A stretch of DNA of 64,000 nucleotides from Butyrivibrio sp. Its GTDB lineage: Bacteria; Bacillota; Clostridia; Lachnospirales; Lachnospiraceae. Below, in pieces: positions 9,952 through 20,300 of the stretch. The stretch's first letter is position 1, and each line of letters begins with the position of its first letter. Under the pieces are notes generated by a model. The model was not told the origin of the DNA, made no database searches, and saw only the letters and a list, made by a program, of their open reading frames with translations. The position numbers were made by a program, and so were the translations under genes. The stretch covers positions 9,382-73,381 of the forward strand of contig JBGVLM010000007.1 in the NCBI GenBank assembly GCA_045124255.1, read 5' to 3'.

Positions 9952-10455
9952 CTAGTAGCTTCTAAGGCTGTCGCTTCCGTCATCGACTGTATTCTCAATG
10001 GATTTAATTGTAACATAATATCCGCTGTTCTCATTGACCTTAACAAATACCCTGTCACCGGACTTATGCCCCATGACTGCTCTTCCCAAAGGCGAATCAT
10101 TACTGATATAGCCCATTAAAGAACTGCCCCTTACCGTTGTTACTATTTTGAATTTCTCGGTTTCATCATCCTCCTCAAAATACAGTTCAACAGTATTATT
10201 AAGTCCGACCTCGTCCTCGGCAGATTCATCACTTATTATCTTAGCTGTTTTTATCATTTTCTCGAGGTATTTAATTCTGCTTTCGTTACGGTTCTTCTCC
10301 CTCTTCGCAGCATAGTACTCAAAGTTCTCACTTAAGTCACCGTGTGCCCTTGCCTCTTTAACATCCTCAATAAGCTCCTTGCGGAGTACAAGCTTTCTGT
10401 GTTCAATTTCCTCTTCCATTTTCTGTATATCTTTTTCGGTTAATTCATCAAACAT
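9952..10455 (-). CDS. greA: Transcription elongation factor GreA
   Basis: 167 aa with a coiled-coil N-terminus containing ..ARAHGDLSENFEYYAAK.. and a C-terminal FKBP-like domain (SPLGRAVMGHKSGD). Confidence 0.9.
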   Translation of the reverse strand: MFDELTEKDIQKMEEEIEHRKLVLRKELIEDVKEARAHGDLSENFEYYAAKREKNRNESRIKYLEKMIKTAKIISDESAEDEVGLNNTVELYFEEDDETEKFKIVTTVRGSSLMGYISNDSPLGRAVMGHKSGDRVFVKVNENSGYYVTIKSIENTVDDGSDSLRSY

Positions 10456-10466
10456 AATGCACCGCC

Positions 10467-11384
10467 TTATTTACCTTCCGCCTGAATATAATCAAGCGGA
10501 ATATTCTTCAAATCATTATTAACTGCATCCACAGGGTCCATATTACTGCCGTTACACACATATATATCGCCATTGCCGTTTTTATCAGAGCCGGCAATAA
10601 ATTTATTGTCTCCTAACTGACAGAGTGCATAGGTATTATTCCCATTACAGAATTTAAGTTTTGATTCAGACTCATTTGTAGTATAGAACTTATAATAGTA
10701 TCTGTATTCATCAGTCTTACTGATTATAAAACCATTCTCCAATGCCGTCGAAATCACTGCGTCTCCGTTAACACTGCACAGAAGTTCCATTCTGTCCGAA
10801 TAAATCAGTGTATTTTTTCCCTTTGCAGACATATAAACTCCATCACCGTTATAGTTGAAGCATACAAAGGTAATGTCCTTCTCATTACTGCTTACCAAAT
10901 CATTAACCGTACCGTCACTTATATTTATCGTCTTAACCACGGTATAATTATCGGAAGTCTTATATGCTGCCAGCAGTTTCTCATGTCCGCGGTCAGCTTC
11001 AAGGTTAATGAATTCCTCTACACCCGTTTCGTCAAAAATAACCTTCCCCTCATCGGAATCCTCACTGCATTTTATAATTTGAAGTTTATCCCTGCACAGA
11101 ACCGCCGCACATATATCGGAAGCATTAATAAAACAGGCGTCTTCAACCTCAACTTCCTTTAAAGCCTCAGGCTGCACATTCTCCTTATTATCAAAGTCAT
11201 ATACATAAAGTTCGGACTCATTAGTATACAGAAGTCTGCCCGTCATATTCTCTGCCACCTTATTATTAACCGACACTGCATACGCAAAAATAAGCAGAAT
11301 TACGACAAACATAATTCCGCATATTATAAATGACCTTTTTAAATTTTTCTTATAATTCTTTTTATTCATTATCTTCTCAAACAT
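10467..11384 (-). CDS. Membrane-anchored hypothetical protein (possible beta-propeller ectodomain)
   Basis: N-terminal TM helix (SFIICGIMFVVILLIFAYAV) followed by a beta-rich sequence. The family is not recognised. Confidence 0.5.
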   Translation of the reverse strand: MFEKIMNKKNYKKNLKRSFIICGIMFVVILLIFAYAVSVNNKVAENMTGRLLYTNESELYVYDFDNKENVQPEALKEVEVEDACFINASDICAAVLCRDKLQIIKCSEDSDEGKVIFDETGVEEFINLEADRGHEKLLAAYKTSDNYTVVKTINISDGTVNDLVSSNEKDITFVCFNYNGDGVYMSAKGKNTLIYSDRMELLCSVNGDAVISTALENGFIISKTDEYRYYYKFYTTNESESKLKFCNGNNTYALCQLGDNKFIAGSDKNGNGDIYVCNGSNMDPVDAVNNDLKNIPLDYIQAEGK

Positions 11385-11410
11385 AGTGAGAATTATAGCA
11401 TATTATGGCA

Positions 11411-11560
11411 TTACTTGCAAGCACGACAATTAGCACAGTTGCCGCCGCAGCCACCCTTGTTGTTCTTTTTGTCCTTAATCATCTTAATTATAACAAGTGC
11501 TACAATGCCAAGCACTATTGCACCTACAATTGCCGTTCCGATTATTTCTTTAAAAGACAT
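11411..11560 (-). CDS. FeoB-associated Cys-rich small membrane protein (49 aa)
   Basis: Not in the ORF track (too short). My translation is MSFKEIIGTAIVGAIVLGIVALVIIKMIKDKKNNKGGCGGNCANCRACK. It has one TM helix, a basic linker and a C-terminal Cys cluster, as in the FeoB-associated family. A GAGGTG RBS lies upstream. Confidence 0.75.
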   Translation of the reverse strand: MSFKEIIGTAIVGAIVLGIVALVIIKMIKDKKNNKGGCGGNCANCRACK

Positions 11561-11586
11561 TGCATTCACCTCATTCTTTTGTAGTT

Positions 11587-11615
11587 AGTATAGGCTAACC
11601 AAGATTAGCTGTCAA
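11587..11615 (-). promoter_or_regulatory. Sigma-70-type promoter (TTGACA-17-TATACT) with embedded GCTAA-N6-TTAGC / GTTAG-N6-CTAAC palindromes (DtxR/IdeR-like operator)
   Basis: Read on the minus strand: TTGACAGCTAATCTTGGTTAGCCTATACTAAC. The -35 element is at 11610-11615 and the -10 at 11587-11592. By my hand alignment, 30 of 39 positions are identical to the element upstream of feoA (31775-31813). Confidence 0.7.
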
Positions 11616-11629
11616 GAACCTTTTAGAAG

Positions 11630-11658
11630 TTGTTAAAAAAATTTTTTTATGTTATAAT
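11630..11658 (+). promoter_or_regulatory. Candidate promoter of the DtxR-family regulator (TTGTTA-17-TATAAT)
   Basis: TTGTTA at 11630-11635 and TATAAT at 11653-11658 with a 17-nt spacer, divergent from the operator-bearing promoter. Confidence 0.5.
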
Positions 11659-11696
11659 GTTTTGCAGGGGCAAAAGAACTTTAAGGGGTGGATTTA

Positions 11697-12071
11697 ATGA
11701 AATCAAACGAATCTGCAGAAAATTATCTTGAAACAATACTTACTTTAAGCAGCAAGCTTCCTGTTGTCCGTTCAATAGATATTGTTCACGAACTCAATTA
11801 TACGAAGGCAAGCGTAAGTGTCGCAATGAAAAACCTTCGTGAGAACGGCTACATAACCGTAACTGACGAAGGCTACATTAAGCTTACTGAATCAGGGCTC
11901 GAGATTGCCCATATGATTTTTGACAGACACACTACTCTCACTAACTGGCTCACCAAAATGGGCGTTCCTGAAGACATTGCATCAAAGGACGCATGTCGTA
12001 TCGAGCATGTTATCAGCAAGGAGAGCATTGAAGCAATCAAACGAAGTCTCTCCTGTGCAGACAATGCTTAG
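11697..12071 (+). CDS. DtxR/MntR-family metal-dependent transcriptional repressor (no SH3-like C-terminal domain)
   Basis: N-terminal winged HTH (SAENYLETILTL...VRSIDIVHELNYTKASVSVAMKNLRENGYI) and a dimerisation/metal-binding helix region (FDRHTTLTNWL..ACRIEHVIS). ATG 11697 with an AAGGGGTG RBS is preferred to the GTG at 11688. Confidence 0.85.
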   Translation: MKSNESAENYLETILTLSSKLPVVRSIDIVHELNYTKASVSVAMKNLRENGYITVTDEGYIKLTESGLEIAHMIFDRHTTLTNWLTKMGVPEDIASKDACRIEHVISKESIEAIKRSLSCADNA

Positions 12072-13621
12072 AACATTGGTGAGAATAATCGTAATATCGG
12101 CATAAGAATCCGTCGAAAGACGGATTTTTTCATTTGCCCCGGAAAAACCTCCCTGCATTTCTCCAGTGTATCAAAAAAGTCCTGTTTAATATCTGTAAGA
12201 CATTCCGTATTATACATCCATACAGCATTCTCAAAATGGTGGGTAAGGCTGCGGTAATCCAGATTAATCGTTCCGACAACACCTGTACAGTCATCCGATA
12301 AGAAAACCTTTGCATGCACAAAGCCAGGTGTATATTCATAAATTCTTACGCCCGCCTTTAACAGCACATCATAATAGGACTGACTCAGCATAAATACGAT
12401 TTTCTTGTCAGGAATTCCCGGCATTATAATTCGTACATCAATACCGTTTTTTGCAGCATTCTCCAGTGCCGAAATCATAACCGTATCAAGTATCAGATAA
12501 GGTGTCATTATATATACATAACTATTAGCACGGTTTATTATATTCATATATACATTCTTACCTACAGGCTCACCATCAAGAGGATAATCGGTATATGGTG
12601 CAACAAAGCCGTCTTTAAAATCAAAGCGTCGTGTCGGCTCGTACATGAGAAACTCATCCCTGTCCTTGCATGAGGTATCCCACAGTGCCAGAAACATCGT
12701 GGTAAGACTCCATACTGCTTCACCCTCAAGCATTATTGCCGTGTCCTTCCAATGTCCGTATACCTCATGCTTATTGATATACTCATCAGCAAGGTTCACG
12801 CCTCCGGTAAAACCAACGTTGCCGTCAATAACACATATTTTACGATGGTCCCTGTTATTATATCTGGAATCAAGAATACTTCTGAAGCTGTTAAACTCAA
12901 AGCATCTGATACCTTTTTTCTTAAGTCTTTTCACAACATGCTCCGGTGCCTTCATTATGCTTCCGAAGCTGTCATACATAAAACGCACATCGAGCCCCTG
13001 CTCTGCTTTCCTTTCGAGAATATTGAGGATGGAATCAAACATAATTCCTTCTTCTATAATAAAATATTCCATAAAAATAAAATGTTCTGCTTTTTCAAGC
13101 TCCTCAAGCATGACAGGAAACATATCGTCTCCCAAAGGAAAATATTTAACCGTTGTATTTACATATACCGGAGCGTCCGCACATCTTAAAAGATAGTCTG
13201 TCTGAACCGCAATATTCGGATTAAGCTTCTTTAAATCACTGTTCGAATAAGGCCTTGAAGCAAGTGCCTCCTTGCAGATATCACTTGTCTCAATCGCACG
13301 TTTCATTTCCCTCTTAGCATAATGCGCCCTTCCGTATATAAGATAAATTACCGAGCCGAAAACAGGCACTACAAGGAGCACTACAATCCACGGTATTTTA
13401 TACACGGGGTTAATATCTGATTCTATCAGATACAAAACCTGTATTATCGCCAGAATCTCCAGTAAAATATTGATATTTTTGAAAAAAGGATGAAAATGTA
13501 TTATTGAAAGTGCAATTACTGCAATCTGTGCAAGTGCAGCAAGTGCAAGTGCAATAGCCCTGATTACTCCCGGTGTAAATATTCTCTTGATTAACGGATG
13601 CTTTCTTTTAATGTCTGACAT
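12068..13621 (-). CDS. cls: Cardiolipin synthase
   Basis: Two N-terminal TM helices and two HKD motifs (DHRKICVIDGNVGFTGGVN and VHAKVFLSDDCTGVVGTINLD). Confidence 0.9.
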   Translation of the reverse strand: MSDIKRKHPLIKRIFTPGVIRAIALALAALAQIAVIALSIIHFHPFFKNINILLEILAIIQVLYLIESDINPVYKIPWIVVLLVVPVFGSVIYLIYGRAHYAKREMKRAIETSDICKEALASRPYSNSDLKKLNPNIAVQTDYLLRCADAPVYVNTTVKYFPLGDDMFPVMLEELEKAEHFIFMEYFIIEEGIMFDSILNILERKAEQGLDVRFMYDSFGSIMKAPEHVVKRLKKKGIRCFEFNSFRSILDSRYNNRDHRKICVIDGNVGFTGGVNLADEYINKHEVYGHWKDTAIMLEGEAVWSLTTMFLALWDTSCKDRDEFLMYEPTRRFDFKDGFVAPYTDYPLDGEPVGKNVYMNIINRANSYVYIMTPYLILDTVMISALENAAKNGIDVRIIMPGIPDKKIVFMLSQSYYDVLLKAGVRIYEYTPGFVHAKVFLSDDCTGVVGTINLDYRSLTHHFENAVWMYNTECLTDIKQDFFDTLEKCREVFPGQMKKSVFRRILMPILRLFSPMF

Positions 13622-13638
13622 TAATCTACCTCTTACTT

Positions 13639-15132
13639 TTATTCTTTAGACCATTCCATGGCACAGCTTACTGCACGTTTCCAGCCCTTTAAAAGTCTGC
13701 TTCTGTCCGACTCTTCCATACCGGGTACAAACTGCTGTCCAAGCTGCCAGTTTTTCTTTATCTCTTCCCTATCCTTCCAATATCCCGTTGCAAGTCCGGC
13801 AAGATATGCCGCTCCAAGTGATGTTGTCTCAACAAGTCTCGGTCTGATTACCGTAGTATTCAGTATATCCGCCTGAAAACCCATAAGAAAATTATTAACG
13901 CTTGCTCCTCCATCCACCTTAAGAGTCTTAAGATGAACAGAAGCATCCTCCTCCATGGCACTAATCACATCTGCAACCTGATATGCTATCGATTCAAGTG
14001 TTGCCCTTACAAACTGTTCCTTACCACAGCCCCTTGTAAGTCCCACCACAGTACCTCTCGCATATTGATTCCAATACGGTGTACCAAGTCCCGTAAACGC
14101 AGGAACAATGTACATACCACTGCTGTCCGCGACTGCTGTGGCATATTCCTCGGATTGTGCCGCTGTTCTGATAAGCTGCATTTCATCACGAAGCCACTGT
14201 ATTGCCGCACCGGCAACAAATACGCTTCCCTCCAGTGCATATGCCGTTTCGCCCTCGCTTGCTGCAATTGTTGCCAAAAGTCCATTCTGTGAAATAATAG
14301 GAGTATTCCCGGTATTCATCAGAAGAAAACATCCTGTTCCGTATGTATTCTTAGCTTCTCCTGCTTCAAAACAGCACTGTCCGAACAGGGCCGCCTGCTG
14401 GTCTCCTGCATCTCCTGCAATAGGTATCTCTCCGCCGAAAACCTCAACTGCAGTTCTTCCATAAATACAGCTGGACGGCTTAACCTCAGGAAGCATACAT
14501 TCCGGTATCCGGAAATATTTCAAAAGTTCATCATCCCAGCATAATTTGTTAATATCAAATAACATTGTACGTGAAGCATTCGTATAATCCGTAACATGCA
14601 CCGCGCCCTTTGTAAGCTTCCAAATCAGCCATGTGTCCACGGTACCAAACAAAAGCTCGCCCCGCTGTGCTCTCTCTCTTGCCTCCGGCACATTATCAAG
14701 AATCCACTCTATCTTCGAAGCACTGAAATAAGCATCCGGAATAAGCCCTGTTCTGCTTCTTACAGACGCAACCATTCCCTCCTGTTTCATACAGTCAATA
14801 CGCTTCGAAGTTCTTCTGCACTGCCATACAATAGCATTATACACGGGTTTACCGGTATTTTTATCCCATACAATTGTAGTCTCCCGCTGATTCGTTATTC
14901 CGATTCCTGCAATATTCTTATATGTCAGCCCTGCACGAACCATCGCTTCCATTGCAACGGCAAGCTGTGAGGACCATATTTCCATCGGGTCATGCTCAAT
15001 CCATCCCGATTGAGGATAAATCTGCTGAAATTCCTTCTGCGCCATGGATATGACATTACCGCCGGCATCATAAATAATGCACCTTGAGCTTGTTGTACCC
15101 TGGTCAAGTGCCATTATATACTGAGAATTCAT
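13639..15132 (-). CDS. glpK: Glycerol kinase
   Basis: [18 protein letters not shown], the [12 protein letters not shown] signature, and [10 protein letters not shown]. Confidence 0.95.
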   Translation of the reverse strand: MNSQYIMALDQGTTSSRCIIYDAGGNVISMAQKEFQQIYPQSGWIEHDPMEIWSSQLAVAMEAMVRAGLTYKNIAGIGITNQRETTIVWDKNTGKPVYNAIVWQCRRTSKRIDCMKQEGMVASVRSRTGLIPDAYFSASKIEWILDNVPEARERAQRGELLFGTVDTWLIWKLTKGAVHVTDYTNASRTMLFDINKLCWDDELLKYFRIPECMLPEVKPSSCIYGRTAVEVFGGEIPIAGDAGDQQAALFGQCCFEAGEAKNTYGTGCFLLMNTGNTPIISQNGLLATIAASEGETAYALEGSVFVAGAAIQWLRDEMQLIRTAAQSEEYATAVADSSGMYIVPAFTGLGTPYWNQYARGTVVGLTRGCGKEQFVRATLESIAYQVADVISAMEEDASVHLKTLKVDGGASVNNFLMGFQADILNTTVIRPRLVETTSLGAAYLAGLATGYWKDREEIKKNWQLGQQFVPGMEESDRSRLLKGWKRAVSCAMEWSKE

Positions 15133-15147
15133 AGTACCTCCGAAAAT

Positions 15148-15807
15148 CTATTTCTTAGCATTATTATCGTCAATTTTCTCCCTAATCTGCTGCATTCTGT
15201 AATCCAGCTGATTAATCAGCTCGGCACAGTAAAACAGTTCATTTGAAATACTTTCCGCATTAGGAATTTGCTTCTTATACTTAAGCTTATGTTCAAGACT
15301 TGCCCAGAAATCCATTGCAATAGTCCTGAACTGAACCTCAACACGCATATATTTCTTCTCATTCGTAAGAAAAATCGGCACCTCAACTATAAGATGAAGA
15401 CTTCTGTAACCATTGGACTTAGGATTGGCAATGTAATCCTTCCTGTTGATAATTCTGATATCATCCTGTGCCGAAAGATATTCAGCCAGTTTATATATAT
15501 CATCAGGGAAGGAACAGATAACTCTTATTCCTGCCACATCATTGAGATTCTCCTCGATATTTTTAAGAGTTACCGGGAGATTGTCCCTCTTAAGCTTGTC
15601 AATAATAGACATTGGTTTCTTAATTCTGGTCTTAATTGTTTCAAAAGGATTGCGGCTGTCCCTGACTGCAAGCTCGGCATTAAGCACGTCCAGCTTGGTC
15701 TTAACCTCTAACATTGCACATTCATAGTGCATCATCAGCTCATTAAATTCCCTTATTACGCCCTTAAATTCATCAATATTTTCCAATCTTTCACTAATAT
15801 TTCCCAT
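15148..15807 (-). CDS. Small alarmone synthetase (RelQ/RelP-type GTP pyrophosphokinase)
   Basis: 219 aa, single RelA/SpoT synthetase domain with DVAGIRVICSF, GYRSLHLIVEVP and VEVQFRTIAMDFWASLEHKLKYK. Confidence 0.85.
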   Translation of the reverse strand: MGNISERLENIDEFKGVIREFNELMMHYECAMLEVKTKLDVLNAELAVRDSRNPFETIKTRIKKPMSIIDKLKRDNLPVTLKNIEENLNDVAGIRVICSFPDDIYKLAEYLSAQDDIRIINRKDYIANPKSNGYRSLHLIVEVPIFLTNEKKYMRVEVQFRTIAMDFWASLEHKLKYKKQIPNAESISNELFYCAELINQLDYRMQQIREKIDDNNAKK

Positions 15808-15863
15808 AACATCTACCCCTTATTGAATTTGAAAAAAGTCATTTTCAACAAAATTTCCTATAG

Positions 15864-15893
15864 AAAAAAAGCGGGCAGCTGATAACCGCCCGC
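15864..15893 (-). terminator. Rho-independent terminator downstream of the response-regulator gene
   Basis: On the minus strand: GCGGGCGGTTATCAGCTGCCCGC followed by a run of 7 T. Confidence 0.8.
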
Positions 15894-15908
15894 ATAATTT
15901 ATAAATTT

Positions 15909-17204
15909 TTATTTTACGAAACTGTTCAATACTTCTTCCTTCATAAACGGTTTCATAACAAACTTCGCGGCACCTATCTTTAATGCACTGATAACCTTCT
16001 GCTGCTGTCCTGCTGCCGTAATCATAATTGCGTAAGCATCCGGATCATACTTAACTATCTCACGAAGTGCCTCTACACCATCCATCTGCGGCATAGTAAT
16101 ATCGAGAGTTATAATATCCGGTTTGTACTGTTTATATGCCGTAACAGCCTCAAGACCGTTCTCAGCCTCTGCAAGTACACAGTAGCCTGCGTCTTCAAGA
16201 ATTGCTCTGAGCATTTTACGAATCATTCTTGAGTCATCAACTATTACAACAGTTCCCTTACTGTTACCTGCATTTACAACAGTCTCACTCTTCTGGGATT
16301 TATAAACATATCTGAGTTTACCAATACTGATTGTTGAATCAACTGCAATATAGAGAGAAACCTTCTTACCCTCAATATATACATTAACAATATATGCACT
16401 GCCCTCAGCAGTCTGGTTGATATATGTAAATGGAGGCTCCATATCAATATCAACGCCTTTCTCACTAAGCTCTGAAGCAAGAAGACCGTTATTAATATTG
16501 GCAAATTCTCCAACTGCATCAGCTACGTCATCTGAAATCTCAGTCAGTGTCTCGCCTGCATATTTGGAAGCAAGAAGACAAATGCCCTCTGTGTCCTCAT
16601 CAGCAGCAAATCCAAGGTAAATAGTGTGGTCACCCACTACCTTCTGTCCTGCGATAAACTTATAATCAAATTCTGATACATGGCGTATTCTGTCAATATA
16701 AAAATCTGTTGAAACAAATCTTGTAATATTTCTAAGAATAAGACCAACCATATCTGTTACATAAGGCTTTGCCGAAAAAGCAAATACAGGAACAATTGTA
16801 TCAATATCATCCTGCTTAAGTGCAGTAAGCTCTGCCTCTGTAAATCCTCTTTCCTTACGGAATGACTCAACATGTTCTTCAATAACCTGAACCGTCAAAT
16901 CAGTCTTCTCCGTAACAAGCTGAATAAATTTCATATAGGCATTGCCCTGCTTATCAAGGAGCTGTTTAACCTGCTCTCCTGTAAGGTAACCTTTATCTAC
17001 CGCAATATCACCAAATCTCATATCCATCTGAGTCTGTAAGTGATTAATCTCTTCTGCCTGCTTCTCTGTAAGCATTCTCTCTGCAACAGCAATTGTACCG
17101 AGTCTTACTCTTGTGCTTGCCTGCTCTTCAAGAATCTCCTTCTTAACGTTCTCAGCTATAATTCCTTTCTCAACGAGATAATTCCCCATCAATTGACTAA
17201 ACAT
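15909..17204 (-). CDS. Response regulator with N-terminal MshEN-like repeats, central CheX/CheC-like domain and C-terminal CheY-like receiver
   Basis: Receiver domain: VVIVDDSRMIRK...DIITLDITMPQMDG...KPF. CheC/CheX-type motif: D-AVG-E-FA-N ... PP. Three 24-residue RxGxxhVxxGhhxxxxhxxxLxxQ-like repeats occupy residues 5-86. Confidence 0.75.
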   Translation of the reverse strand: MFSQLMGNYLVEKGIIAENVKKEILEEQASTRVRLGTIAVAERMLTEKQAEEINHLQTQMDMRFGDIAVDKGYLTGEQVKQLLDKQGNAYMKFIQLVTEKTDLTVQVIEEHVESFRKERGFTEAELTALKQDDIDTIVPVFAFSAKPYVTDMVGLILRNITRFVSTDFYIDRIRHVSEFDYKFIAGQKVVGDHTIYLGFAADEDTEGICLLASKYAGETLTEISDDVADAVGEFANINNGLLASELSEKGVDIDMEPPFTYINQTAEGSAYIVNVYIEGKKVSLYIAVDSTISIGKLRYVYKSQKSETVVNAGNSKGTVVIVDDSRMIRKMLRAILEDAGYCVLAEAENGLEAVTAYKQYKPDIITLDITMPQMDGVEALREIVKYDPDAYAIMITAAGQQQKVISALKIGAAKFVMKPFMKEEVLNSFVK

Positions 17205-17322
17205 ATGTAACTTCTCCTTTATCTCAAAATGTCCTATCTGTATCGGACTGACCTTAAATATTATTTTACCTCTTAATTATAAATCTTTCAACAAAATATC
17301 TGTAAATTTTATATAGTTTTTA

Positions 17323-20300
17323 TTAATTTTTGCCATTTAACAGTCTTTTGCGATTAATTATCACAACAGAGGCCAATGCCAATGCCAATACCACCGTCAT
17401 TGAAATGCATAAAACAACTGCTGCACTATTTCCTGCGTCGGGATTAGTATCAGGCTTTGTGTCCGGGTCATCAGGATTGATATCCGGATTTGTTCCCGGC
17501 TCTATACCCGGATTATCAGGTTCTGTATCAGGATTATCAGGTTCTGTATCAGGATTAACTGTTGCTGCAGTAAGTGCTACTGTCTTGGAGGCCGTTCTTC
17601 CTGCATAAGGTGTTCCTGCTTTGCCCGTTGAAATTATTGTAACCTCTGTAAGTGTGCAGGAAGCACCTACCGTAAGTGTACCATCTGCACTGATGGAAAC
17701 ATTGGCAGGATTATCTTTTAATGTATATGTACATGAAGCTTCAACATTTTTTTCGGCGTAATCCACCGTATCGTAATTTGCCGAACTTCCTATCTGAACG
17801 CTTGAAGAACCTGTTATGCTGATATCGTACGGATTAGTAATCACAATCTTCTGAGGTTTGGCTGCTCCGATTACATTAACCGCACGGACATAAATATCCG
17901 TTGACTCGCCATTGGTCTCAACTGTATAAGAATTATTAGTAGTGCTGTAGGTAATTATATAGTTATCTCCTATATCAGTATATGAGCCGGCTTCATCTCC
18001 TGTTGTGATATAATCAGCCTCAGTCGGCAGTACTCCTTTTGGCATTACTGCAATCTGATAACCAAGAATCTCCGCTCCGTTATCAGCAGGCACAGTCCAT
18101 TTTAATTCTACCTCTGAATCTCCGGATACAATTCTTTCCTGTTCTTCTATCAGGTCAGGTACCTTTGCAAATATAACCGTTCCGCGTCTGGCATTCAAAA
18201 TCCTGTTATATGCACTATAATATAATTCATCAAATATTTTATTGCTGTATAAGTTGTCATATCCCCAATTTTTGTATTTGCCGTCAACAAGCATTTCTTT
18301 ATTCGAAATCTCCATACGCACAGGCACTATGTAACCATTTTCGCTTCCTGCATACCATAACTGTGATATAAGATTTTCTTTGCCAAGCTCTATCTCTCCA
18401 AACAAGCTTAACGGTATTTCCAATTCTTCTCCATACACATCAGTCTTTGTATTTAATTGTGACGCATCATTTACCTGCACGGAATTTACAAATAATTTAT
18501 GAGTAACAAAATTATCCGTAACATAATTGAGGAATTCTTCATATGCAGAGTCACCAAATTCTTCTTTCAAAGTATTTTTAAACGCCGCAGCAAGAACCGT
18601 ATAATCCTCATTATAGTCCACTGTGGCTTCCTGCTTAATAATCCAGACTTTCATAGAATCAGATGAAAGACCGATATTATCCAATATCTCTTCCAGTTCA
18701 TCAATGCTACATCCGTACATGTTGCTGTCATCAGCAGTCGAAAACTTATCGACAGCGGTATTATTACATGTCAGTTCAGCTTTAACGGGAACAATACCGG
18801 TTATGGTATTAAGTACAATTTCTCCATAGACACTATCATAATATGTATAAGACGAACTTAATTCTGATGTGACACCAGCCTCATCATCCCAATATAAATT
18901 TTCCCAAATCAACTCCATTATATAATTAATTGTGCCTAAACCAAATGTACCTAACGGTTTACCATCCACCATAAGTGTATATACAGCCTCTTCATAATCC
19001 AGATTAAGTCCGACACTGATATAATTAAGATATGTCATGTATGCTTCTATTTCTTCACAAGTCGTATTTCCGACAGCAATTTCCGGAAGAACTACACTAT
19101 CCCATATAAAGCAGTCATCCGAATCACATTTTTCGTATGCCTCCAGCAGATTCCCATTATCCGCCATATAGATTTTTATCGGCAAAAATTCTGAATATAA
19201 GTTATCGTAATCATTATAAGCCTTTATAATAATACTCTCATTTCCCAAATCAATCAGATGACCATTGAAACTGTTTATTTCGTCACGTGCCCAATAATAC
19301 TCATAATAAGAATCCACATCTGCGAAATCATCAAACTCATAGATCTTACCTAACATAATATTGGTAAACTCCTCAACCGCCTCATTCTTTGATTCAACAG
19401 GTGACGGCAATACACAGCCAAGCAGCTGATATCCGGTTTCTGCATTATTCTTAGAATAGCCGTCATTATACAAAATCTCATCATTGACATATACTGAATT
19501 CAAATAATAAAGTCCCGAATTGTTGTCATTAGGAATATTAAGTGTTGTACCCAGTTCTGCCAGACTGCCGGCATCCACATAAATATTACCTTTGTACATC
19601 TTAATATAATCGAATTCTCCCGCTGCATGATATTCTGTCAGACTTTCTATACGATTATATCCAAGTTTTTTACCATATACATATGAAGTGCCATATTTTT
19701 CAATCTCATAATCATACAGGCTGACTCCTGTTTGGATATATTCCGTTGCAGCATTGCTATTGTCTGTAAGTGTGTATTTAACCGTATAATCCTTATTCAA
19801 ATCTGTTGATGTAAGATAATCAATAATAGCATTACCATCAGTAATTCCCATTGCATTAAGATATGAAATAATTTCATCTGAGAAACCATAATCAGGGTCA
19901 TCTTTACAATATGTTGCAGTATACTCCCATGTCGGATATGCCTCTCCATTCGCCTGTTCATATCCGTCAACAATAGTAGTCTCTCCGATTAAGTCTCCTT
20001 TCTCGTCCCTGTACACAACACCAAGTCTGGCTCTGTATACACCATCCTCAACCATCATTATTCCGTAGCTGCCGGCACCATAATACAAAGGGTTACTTGT
20101 ATATTGTATTACTTCATACTGCTTATCTCCGACATTCAGATAAACGACAGCCTCAAGCACCGGTGAATCATCCATATTAATGCTGCCCGTATTATCAATA
20201 ATTATATTCGGGAGGGCATGATATACAAAGCTTTCCTTCAATGCACCCTCTCCATTCGGGTCCCCATTCTTGTCGGCATATCCTATACCTAACATTCCGG

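Noticed and set aside
17440-17560. Tandem repeats at 17440-17560, 37810-37985 and 57202-57273 as possible CRISPR or satellite elements
   Set aside because: The units are 12-39 nt with no unique spacers, lie in frame within coding sequences, and translate to low-complexity stalk or linker peptides.
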